Source of the DNA: Acutalibacteraceae bacterium
GTDB lineage: Bacteria; Bacillota; Clostridia; Oscillospirales; Acutalibacteraceae
Assembly (NCBI GenBank): GCA_045606645.1
Contig: JAZUSK010000035.1
Span: 15,745 to 79,744 of the forward strand
DNA: 64,000 nucleotides
Direction: 5' to 3'
Shown: piece after piece, positions 45,029 through 52,841 of the stretch
How the letters are laid out: every line of letters starts with the position of its first letter
Numbering within the stretch: position 1 is the stretch's first letter
Program-made: the position numbers and the translations under genes
The notes under the pieces: generated by a model
Seen by the model: only the letters and a program-made list of their open reading frames with translations
Database searches by the model: none
What the model was told of the DNA's origin: nothing

Positions 45029-46354
45029 TCAATCCTCTTTTTTTCTGAACGGTGCAGGAATAAACTGTTGCAACTGCTCCGTGGAGTCTATGTCAATGTT
45101 TTCAATGGTTTCACGCGTTCTGAAAACACAATCATTTTCGTTACCGTAGCCTCTTACAACGTCCTCGGCAAGAGCTTTGCAGCTTGGTGCACCGCATATG
45201 CCGCAGTCAAGCCCGGGGAAGGTTTTGAGAAGCTCTTTCATTTTTGCCATTCTCGCCATAGCCTCGCCAACGTTATCAGCTAGCTTCATAACGTCGTCGC
45301 AGGGCTCTATGGGAATTGGGCAGAATAGCTTTTCGCGATTATCATCCTTAGAAAGGTGATTTACCGCAATGGGATTGTATTTTCTGAGCTTTGTGATTCT
45401 TGTCTTTGCAATAAACGGGTTTTCTGCAGTAAGGCTACCGCCTACGCAACCGCCCTGACAAGCATTCAACTCTATAAACTTTACGTTGTCGAGGGTTCCG
45501 CGGTCAACCTCTTCAAGTATCTTCATACAGTTTTCTATACCGTCAACGAAGAGTGCATCATCATCGAGTGTGCCTGCAGCCTCGCCGCCGCTTGTTGCCC
45601 AACTGATACCGATTACTCCCGATTCATGGAGAGCCTTAAGACCGTCTGTGGTATCAAGCTTTTCCATAGCTTTAAGAAGCTTGGGGTATATTTCGTTTAT
45701 AGCGATAGCGCCGTCTATATTTGATTTATCTACGCCGATAGGATTTTTGAATGAGGTTATCTTAGCGGGGCACGGTGTGATAAAGAAAACACCGATTTCC
45801 TCAGGCTTTAAGCCTGTCTTAATAACCGCTTTTTCTCTTGCAAGACGACCTGCTTCTTCTACGGGAGCGTTGATTGTAAAGATGTTATCTATAAGCTCAG
45901 GGAAGCACACCGTAATAAGTCTGACTACCGCAGGGCAGGCAGATGATATGAGGGGCTTGGCAATACCGGGTTTGCTAAGATGCTGACGTGTAGCCTCAGA
46001 GATCAACTCTGCAGCCTTCGATACCTCAAATACAGCGTCGAAGCCGAGGGATGAGAAAGCGTTAAGTATGATGTTGATATCATCAAGATTATGAAACTGT
46101 CCGTAGAGAGCAGGGGCGGGAAGAGCGATTTTGTACTTGTATTCATTTATCATATCAAGGGAATCGCTGGACGCGTACTTTGCGTGGTGGGGGCATACTC
46201 GAATACACTCACCGCAATCGATACAACGCTCCTTTATGATATGAGCGCGACCTTCACGTACGCGGATTGCCTGCGTAGGACATCTTTTTATACAGTTAGT
46301 GCAGCCGCGACACTTGTCTACGTCGAGGCGCACGGAATGAAAGTACTTTTCCAT
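45029..46354 (-). CDS. HydS-like (putative sensory) [FeFe]-hydrogenase homologue without a PAS domain
   Basis: About 441 aa from the ATG after AGGAAAGGA. Two CxxCxxCxxxCP motifs. H-cluster-like motifs SSACP, TPCPAK and ELNACQGGCVGGS. Extra C-terminal CGICGAPSC...C cluster. Confidence 0.8.
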   Translation of the reverse strand: MEKYFHSVRLDVDKCRGCTNCIKRCPTQAIRVREGRAHIIKERCIDCGECIRVCPHHAKYASSDSLDMINEYKYKIALPAPALYGQFHNLDDINIILNAFSSLGFDAVFEVSKAAELISEATRQHLSKPGIAKPLISSACPAVVRLITVCFPELIDNIFTINAPVEEAGRLAREKAVIKTGLKPEEIGVFFITPCPAKITSFKNPIGVDKSNIDGAIAINEIYPKLLKAMEKLDTTDGLKALHESGVIGISWATSGGEAAGTLDDDALFVDGIENCMKILEEVDRGTLDNVKFIELNACQGGCVGGSLTAENPFIAKTRITKLRKYNPIAVNHLSKDDNREKLFCPIPIEPCDDVMKLADNVGEAMARMAKMKELLKTFPGLDCGICGAPSCKALAEDVVRGYGNENDCVFRTRETIENIDIDSTEQLQQFIPAPFRKKED

Positions 46355-46396
46355 AACTGTTCCTTTCCTGGGTTGGAAAATACAACCCAATGGATA

Positions 46397-46819
46397 TTAT
46401 TGGACGTAAACCTTAAGGTGAATGGTAGTACCTCTTCCAACCTCTGTTTCTATTACCATTTCGTCCGTGTATTTCTTTATGTTTGGCAGGCCCATACCTG
46501 CACCGAATCCCAGCTGACGAACATTGTCGGGGGCTGTTGAAAATCCTTCCTGCATAGCGAGTGCTACGTCGGGGATGCCGGGACCATGGTCAACTAAATG
46601 AACTGTAACGTATTCGGGTGTTATTTCTGCATCTATGTAACCTCCGCCGCCATGAATAACGAGATTGATCTCGCCCTCGTAAACGGCGATTGCTACGCGA
46701 CGGGTCAGTGCTGCGGGGAAGCCTAATTCCTTGAGAGTAGTCTTTATCTTTCCGGAAGCCTCTCCTGCACAGGTGAAGTCAGTACCGCTAACGTCGTAGT
46801 GTAAAGAGATAGGTTCCAT
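46397..46819 (-). CDS. GHKL-type ATP-binding protein (RsbW/SpoIIAB-like Ser/Thr kinase fold)
   Basis: 140 aa. EGEINLVIHGGGG, DHGPGIPD, and GFGAGMGLPN (N, G1, G2 box-like). Confidence 0.7.
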   Translation of the reverse strand: MEPISLHYDVSGTDFTCAGEASGKIKTTLKELGFPAALTRRVAIAVYEGEINLVIHGGGGYIDAEITPEYVTVHLVDHGPGIPDVALAMQEGFSTAPDNVRQLGFGAGMGLPNIKKYTDEMVIETEVGRGTTIHLKVYVQ

Positions 46820-47169
46820 CAGATTCCGCTACCTCCTTTGAGACCTGCTTTGTAGAGAAGACCGCAAGCAGTAAACATTTCGAGAGAGGTTCCCAGAAGA
46901 ACGATATCTCTATCTACTGCAAGGTCGATCATATCTAAGTCGGGACGCTTACCGCGAACAAAGACGATACACTTCATGTCCATCATTTCGGCGGTACGAA
47001 CAACCTGAGGGTTAACAAGACCCGAGAGGAGAACAGCCTGCTCTTTAACGTATGCGAGTACGTCGCTCATCATATCGCTACCGCAAGCGGTAAATACCTC
47101 GTTATCAAGAAATTCCTCGCCGCAGATTAACTCTGCGTTAAGAATGGACTTTATTTCTCTGATTTTCAT
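46819..47169 (-). CDS. DRTGG-domain-like small protein
   Basis: 116 aa, first gene of the minus-strand operon. Its stop shares 1 nt with the next start (TGATG). Confidence 0.55.
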   Translation of the reverse strand: MKIREIKSILNAELICGEEFLDNEVFTACGSDMMSDVLAYVKEQAVLLSGLVNPQVVRTAEMMDMKCIVFVRGKRPDLDMIDLAVDRDIVLLGTSLEMFTACGLLYKAGLKGGSGI

Positions 47170-47505
47170 ATATATGCCTCCAATAGCAAAGTATGTTTTA
47201 TGTATTTAATTTTACCATAGAAAAAAATAAATTTCCATATTTAACTTTAGTGGTATTTGGTGTTTTGGGGTGTTTGAATATTGATTTTGTATAGAATTTT
47301 AAAGCGACGATTTGTGCAATATATAAAAATGTTAAAAAAATATCAAAAAAACGAAAAAAGTCGGTTTTTGCTATAGACAATCCCTTTTGTGTTATGATAT
47401 AATTCGTAGTGTATGTGTTATATATTAATATGTATAATCATCGGTAGTTGAACTATCGAAAACAATTTGTTTGCACAAGACAGATTTTGAATGGAGGAAA
47501 TTTGA

Positions 47506-48003
47506 ATGGTCAAGAAAATCAGCACAATACCCTTCAACGGTACTCCCGAGCAGAAGGCAAAGCTTGACGCTGTCATCGCGGAATGCGCAGGCGATAAGAG
47601 TCAGCTTATGCACGTTATGCAGGAGGCTCAGGGTATCTACGGCTATCTTCCCAGAGAAGTGCAGGTTATGATTGCGGAAGGTATGGACGTTCCGCTTGAG
47701 AAGGTTTACGGTGTAGCTACCTTCTATGCACAGTTCTCACTCTCACCCAAGGGTCAGTATGACATCTCCGTTTGTCTTGGTACTGCTTGCTACGTTAAGG
47801 GTGCACAGCAGCTCACAGACAAGATCGTTGAGATTCTCGGCATCGAGCCCGGCGAATGTACAGCAGACGGTAAGTTCTCTTTGGAAGAGTGCCGCTGTAT
47901 CGGTGCTTGTGGTCTTGCACCCGTACTTACTGTTAACGGTGAGGTTTACGGTAAGATCACTGCGGACGACGTTCCCGGTATCCTTGCTAAATATATGAAC
48001 TAA
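47506..48003 (+). CDS. hydC: NuoE-like [2Fe-2S] subunit of bifurcating hydrogenase (HydC/HndA)
   Basis: 165 aa. CLGTACYVKG ... CRCIGACGLAP thioredoxin-like 2Fe-2S motif. GGAGG RBS. Confidence 0.85.
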   Translation: MVKKISTIPFNGTPEQKAKLDAVIAECAGDKSQLMHVMQEAQGIYGYLPREVQVMIAEGMDVPLEKVYGVATFYAQFSLSPKGQYDISVCLGTACYVKGAQQLTDKIVEILGIEPGECTADGKFSLEECRCIGACGLAPVLTVNGEVYGKITADDVPGILAKYMN

Positions 48004-48009
48004 AGCGTT

Positions 48010-48555
48010 ATGCGCGAATTATCACTTAATATCCTCGATATTGCCCAGAATTCCATTGTTGCAGGTGCAAGCCTCACTGAGATAGTTGTCAGAGAGGATA
48101 CCGAAAAGAAAGAGCTTCTTATCGGTATTTACGACAATGGTAAGGGAATGACAGAAGAGCAAGTCAGTAACGTGCAGGATCCTTTCTTTACTACGCGTAC
48201 CACAAGAAAGGTTGGTATGGGAATACCTCTTTTTAAGATGGCAGCGGAGCAGACGGGCGGGTCCTTCAAGATTGACTCTCAGGTCGGTGTGGGTACAAGA
48301 GTAGAGGCAGTTTTTAAGACGGATAGTATAGATTTTACTCCCGTGGGTAATATGGAAGCGACAATTTCAACTATCGTCTCTATGAACGAGGATAAGGATT
48401 TCATCTATATCCGTTCCTTGGATGACAAGGAATTCACTTTTTCTTCTGCTGAAATAAAGCAGATACTTGATGGTGTTCCGCTTTCGGAGCCGTCCGTTAT
48501 AATGTGGATCGAAGGTCACATAAAGGAACAGACAGACGAATTATTTAAGAATTAA
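48010..48555 (+). CDS. Stand-alone GHKL (histidine-kinase-like) ATPase domain protein embedded in the hydrogenase operon
   Basis: 181 aa. LNILDIAQNSIVAG, YDNGKGM, and GMGIPL (N, G1, G2 box-like). No DHp/His-phosphotransfer domain and no sensor domain. Confidence 0.7.
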   Translation: MRELSLNILDIAQNSIVAGASLTEIVVREDTEKKELLIGIYDNGKGMTEEQVSNVQDPFFTTRTTRKVGMGIPLFKMAAEQTGGSFKIDSQVGVGTRVEAVFKTDSIDFTPVGNMEATISTIVSMNEDKDFIYIRSLDDKEFTFSSAEIKQILDGVPLSEPSVIMWIEGHIKEQTDELFKN

Positions 48556-48572
48556 CGAAAGGACTAAATAAT

Positions 48573-48947
48573 ATGAAATCAATCGAAGAGTTACTTGCTA
48601 TAAAAGAAAAAGCACAGGCTCAGATTGCTGCTCGTGATGCTGAAGGCAACGACGGTATCAGAGTTGTAGTTGGTATGGCTACTTGCGGTATTGCTGCAGG
48701 TGCCCGTCCCGTTCTCAAGGCTCTCACAGAAGAACTTGCTAAGAGAAACATCAAGAACGTTTCTCTTACTCAGACAGGCTGTATCGGTATGTGCCAGTAC
48801 GAGCCCATCGTAGAAGTTTACGAGCCCGGTAAGGAAAAGGTAACATACGTACAGATGACAGCAGAGAAGGCAGTTAAGGTTGTTACAGATCACCTTGTAA
48901 ACGGTGAAGTTGTTGCAGCATATACTGTTGGCGCTGTTACCGAATAA
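48573..48947 (+). CDS. Small [2Fe-2S] thioredoxin-like ferredoxin (HndB-like)
   Basis: 124 aa. VVGMATCGIAAGA ... TGCIGMCQYEP. Confidence 0.75.
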   Translation: MKSIEELLAIKEKAQAQIAARDAEGNDGIRVVVGMATCGIAAGARPVLKALTEELAKRNIKNVSLTQTGCIGMCQYEPIVEVYEPGKEKVTYVQMTAEKAVKVVTDHLVNGEVVAAYTVGAVTE

Positions 48948-48961
48948 GGAGGAAATAGATA

Positions 48962-50767
48962 ATGTATCGTTCTCATGTACTTGTCTGCGGCGGTACCGGT
49001 TGTACCTCCAGCCATAGTAGCGAAATTATTGATGCACTTAATGCTAACCTTAAGGAAAAAGGCCTTGAGGAAGAAATCAAGGTTGTAAGAACCGGTTGCT
49101 TCGGCCTTTGTGCATTAGGTCCCATCATGATCGTATATCCCGAAGGTTGTTTCTATAGCGAGGTTAAGGTTGACGACGTTCCCGAAATCGTTGAAGAGCA
49201 TCTTCTTAAGGGTCGTATCGTTAAGAGACTTCTCTACAAAGAGACAGTTGAAAAGGATAACGTTAAGCCCTTGAATGAAACTAACTTCTATAAGAAACAG
49301 CATCGTGTTGCTCTTCGTAACTGCGGTGTTATCGACCCCGAAAATATTGAAGAGTATATCGCATACGACGGTTACGCAGCTCTTGCTAAGGCTGTTACAG
49401 AGATGACTCCTCAGGACGTTATCCAGACTGTAATAGATTCAGGTCTTCGCGGTCGTGGCGGCGGTGGATTCCCCACAGGTAGAAAGTGGAGCTTCACAGC
49501 AGCAAACCAGGCTGACCAGAAGTACGTTGTATGTAACGCTGACGAAGGTGACCCCGGTGCATTCATGGACCGTTCAGTTCTTGAAGGTGACCCCCACTGT
49601 ATCGTTGAAGCTATGGCTATCTGCGGTTACGCAACAGGCGCTACAGAAGGTTACGTATATGTTCGTGCAGAGTATCCTATCGCTGTTACTCGTTTACAGA
49701 AGGCTATTGATGACGCTCGTGCATACGGTCTTCTCGGTAAGAACATCTTTGGTTCAGGCTTCGACTTCGACCTCTTCATTCGTCTCGGTGCAGGTGCATT
49801 CGTTTGCGGTGAAGAAACAGCTCTTATGACATCTATCGAAGGTAACCGTGGTGAGCCTCGTCCTCGTCCTCCTTATCCTGCAGTTAAGGGTCTCTTCGGC
49901 AAGCCCACTACAGAGAATAACGTTGAGACATTTGCTAACATTCCTCAGATCATTCTTCACGGTGCTGAATTCTTCAACACAATGGGTACTGAGAAGAGCA
50001 AGGGTACTAAGGTATTCGCTCTCGGTGGTAAGGTTGTAAATACAGGTCTCGTTGAGGTTCCTATGGGTACTACTCTTCGTGAGATCGTTGAGGATATCGG
50101 TGGCGGTATTCCCAAGGGTAAGAAATTTAAGGCAGCACAGTCAGGTGGCCCCTCCGGTGGTTGTCTCCCTGCAAGCCTTCTTGATATCGAAATCGACTAT
50201 GACAACCTCGTTGCTAAGGGTGCTATGATGGGTTCAGGCGGTCTTATTGTAATGGATGAAGACGATTGTATGGTTGATATCGCTAAGTTCTTCCTTAAGT
50301 TTACAGTTGACGAGTCTTGCGGTAAGTGTACTCCCTGCCGTGTAGGTACAAGAAGACTTCTTGAGATCCTTGAAAAGATCACAAGCGGTAAGGGTACTAT
50401 GGAAGACCTCGACAGAATGGAAAAGCTCTGCCACTACATCAAAGAGAACTCTCTTTGCGGTCTTGGTCAGACAGCTCCCAACCCCGTTCTTTCTACTTAC
50501 CAGTTCTTTAAGGATGAGTATATTGCTCACGTAGTTGATAAGAAGTGTCCCGCAGGTGCTTGTAAGGACCTCGTTACATTCTCTATCGATCAGGATAAGT
50601 GTATCGGTTGCGGTATCTGTGCTAAGAACTGTCCCGTTGACGCTATCACAAGAACAGATTACATTGCTCCCGGTCACAAGCTCGCTTCCTTCTCTATTGA
50701 TACAGATAAGTGTGTGAAGTGTGGAGTTTGCATAGGCAATTGTAAGTTTAAAGCAGTAAATAAATAA
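48962..50767 (+). CDS. hydB: NuoF-like NAD(P)H/FMN-binding subunit of bifurcating hydrogenase (HydB/HndC)
   Basis: 601 aa. N-terminal 2Fe-2S domain. GRGGGGFPTG FMN/NADH motifs. SCGKCTPCR. Two C-terminal CxxCxxCxxxCP motifs. Confidence 0.9.
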   Translation: MYRSHVLVCGGTGCTSSHSSEIIDALNANLKEKGLEEEIKVVRTGCFGLCALGPIMIVYPEGCFYSEVKVDDVPEIVEEHLLKGRIVKRLLYKETVEKDNVKPLNETNFYKKQHRVALRNCGVIDPENIEEYIAYDGYAALAKAVTEMTPQDVIQTVIDSGLRGRGGGGFPTGRKWSFTAANQADQKYVVCNADEGDPGAFMDRSVLEGDPHCIVEAMAICGYATGATEGYVYVRAEYPIAVTRLQKAIDDARAYGLLGKNIFGSGFDFDLFIRLGAGAFVCGEETALMTSIEGNRGEPRPRPPYPAVKGLFGKPTTENNVETFANIPQIILHGAEFFNTMGTEKSKGTKVFALGGKVVNTGLVEVPMGTTLREIVEDIGGGIPKGKKFKAAQSGGPSGGCLPASLLDIEIDYDNLVAKGAMMGSGGLIVMDEDDCMVDIAKFFLKFTVDESCGKCTPCRVGTRRLLEILEKITSGKGTMEDLDRMEKLCHYIKENSLCGLGQTAPNPVLSTYQFFKDEYIAHVVDKKCPAGACKDLVTFSIDQDKCIGCGICAKNCPVDAITRTDYIAPGHKLASFSIDTDKCVKCGVCIGNCKFKAVNK

Positions 50768-50780
50768 GGAGGAACTAATA

Positions 50781-52523
50781 ATGGTAAACGTAAAAATTAA
50801 TGGCTTAGATTATCAGGTTCCTGCCGGTTCTACTATTCTCGAAGCCGCTCATTCAGTAGGTATTGAAATTCCTACACTTTGCTACCTCAAGGAAATCAAC
50901 GCTATCGGTGCTTGCCGTATCTGTGTTGTTGAGGTTAAGGGCGCTCGTGGCCTCGTGGCTGCTTGCGTATTCCCCGTAAACGAGGGTATGGAGATCATCA
51001 CAAATTCTCCCAAGGTTATTGAGGCAAGAAAGACAACTCTTGAACTCATCCTTTCAACTCATAAGAAAGAATGTCTCTCCTGCGTAAGAAGCGGTAACTG
51101 TGAGCTTCAGAAGCTCTGTGCAGATTACGGCATCGAGGATGCAAATGCATTCAGCGGTGAGATGGTAACTTATGATATCGACGACAGTGCAACTCATATG
51201 TACCGTGACAACGACAAGTGTATCCTTTGCCGTCGTTGCGTAGCAGTTTGCGAAAAGCTTCAGGACGTTGCTGTTATCGGCGCAAACGCTCGTGGCTTCG
51301 ATACTCATATCGGTTCTGCTTTCGAGTACAAGCTCGGCGACGTTGCTTGTATCTCCTGCGGTCAGTGTATTACTGCTTGTCCCGTTGGTGCTCTTTCCGA
51401 GAGAGACGATACTCAGAGAGTATTCGACGCAATCAACGATCCTTCAAAGCATGTTATCGTTCAGACTGCTCCCGCAGTTCGTGTTGGTCTCGGCGAAGAG
51501 TTCGGCTACGAAATGGGTTCAGTTGTTACAGGTAAGATGGTTGCAGCTCTTAAGATGCTCGGCTTTGACCGCGTATTCGATACAAACTTTGCTGCTGACC
51601 TTACAATTATGGAAGAGGCAACAGAATTCCTTCAGAGATTCAACAAGAAGGAAAATCTTCCTCTCATTACATCCTGCTCACCCGGTTGGGTTAAGTATTG
51701 TGAGCACTACTATCCCGAATTCATCAAGAATCTTTCATCCTGTAAGTCTCCTCAGGGTATGTTCGGCTCAGTAGCTAAGACATACTACGCTGAGAAGATG
51801 GGTATCGACCCCAAGGATATCTTCGTTGTATCCGCTATGCCTTGTACAGCTAAGAAGTTTGAGGCAGAGAGAGTTGACCACTCTGCAGTAAAGGGTCTTG
51901 CTGATATCGATGCATCTATCACAGTAAGAGAGCTTGCAAGAATGATCCGCAAAGCAGGTATCAACTTCAAGGCAATTCCCGACATGGAGTTTGACGCTCC
52001 CTTCGGTCTCGGTTCAGGTGCAGGTACTATCTTCGGTGCAACAGGCGGCGTTATGGAAGCTGCTCTCCGTACAGCATACGAGGTAGTAACAGGTAACGAG
52101 CTTACTGACCTTACTACATTCAAGGCAGTTCGCGGCGTTGAAGGTGTTAAGGAAGCATCCTACGACCTTAACGGTGTAACAGTAAACGTTGCTGTTGCTT
52201 CAGGTCTTGCAAACGCTAAGAAGGTTCTTGAGATGGTTAAGTCCGGTGAGAAGAGCTACGACTTCATCGAAATCATGGCTTGTCCCGGTGGTTGCGTAAA
52301 CGGCGGCGGTCAGCCTATCGTTCCCGCAGTTGTTCGTAACAACGTTGATGTTAGAGCTGCTCGTGCTGCAGGTCTCTACAACGATGATGCTTCTCTTCCC
52401 GTAAGAAAGTCTCATAACAACCCCGACATCAAGGCTATCTATGACGAGTTCTTCGGTGAACCCGGCAGCCACAAGGCACACGATATCCTTCACACAGGCT
52501 ACACAGAGAGAAAGGTATATTAA
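50781..52523 (+). CDS. hydA: [FeFe] hydrogenase catalytic subunit (HydA/HndD, group A multimeric type)
   Basis: 580 aa. N-terminal 2Fe-2S and 4Fe-4S domains. H-cluster motifs TSCSPGW, MPCTAKKFE, and EIMACPGGCVNGGGQP. Confidence 0.9.
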   Translation: MVNVKINGLDYQVPAGSTILEAAHSVGIEIPTLCYLKEINAIGACRICVVEVKGARGLVAACVFPVNEGMEIITNSPKVIEARKTTLELILSTHKKECLSCVRSGNCELQKLCADYGIEDANAFSGEMVTYDIDDSATHMYRDNDKCILCRRCVAVCEKLQDVAVIGANARGFDTHIGSAFEYKLGDVACISCGQCITACPVGALSERDDTQRVFDAINDPSKHVIVQTAPAVRVGLGEEFGYEMGSVVTGKMVAALKMLGFDRVFDTNFAADLTIMEEATEFLQRFNKKENLPLITSCSPGWVKYCEHYYPEFIKNLSSCKSPQGMFGSVAKTYYAEKMGIDPKDIFVVSAMPCTAKKFEAERVDHSAVKGLADIDASITVRELARMIRKAGINFKAIPDMEFDAPFGLGSGAGTIFGATGGVMEAALRTAYEVVTGNELTDLTTFKAVRGVEGVKEASYDLNGVTVNVAVASGLANAKKVLEMVKSGEKSYDFIEIMACPGGCVNGGGQPIVPAVVRNNVDVRAARAAGLYNDDASLPVRKSHNNPDIKAIYDEFFGEPGSHKAHDILHTGYTERKVY

Positions 52524-52550
52524 TATATACTTATTATAATATGTAGTTTT

Positions 52551-52587
52551 AATCCCTTGAGCGAATTCGCTCAAGGGATTTTTTCGT
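52551..52587 (+). terminator. Rho-independent terminator of the hydrogenase operon
   Basis: AATCCCTTGAGCG-AA-TTCGCTCAAGGGATT followed by TTTTT. Confidence 0.85.
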
Positions 52588-52656
52588 TGTAAATTTATTG
52601 TACCGGCAGGGGAGAAGCGTTCGAAAAAATAATTATTTATTTTTTGAAATTTCTTC

Positions 52657-52685
52657 TTGACAATTTATGGACAATGATATAAAAT
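52657..52685 (+). promoter_or_regulatory. Candidate rpoBC promoter
   Basis: TTGACA (52657-52662), 17-nt spacer, TAAAAT (52680-52685). A leader of about 155 nt follows before rpoB. Confidence 0.5.
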
Positions 52686-52841
52686 ATATACTCAACTATA
52701 ATGGATTATTATCTGTTATTATGTTTTGACGCAAGTGTTAAACTTGTCAAAACTCTTAAAAAGCATTAGTTAATTATTTCTTTTTTTAGCCAATTATATG
52801 GTAAAAAAAGATTTTAAAATAAGAACGGAGTGATGTGTTTT

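Noticed and set aside
45356-45986. Two plus-strand ORFs of 122 and 166 aa
   Set aside because: They are antisense to the HydS-like gene, whose Fe-S and H-cluster motifs identify the real frame.
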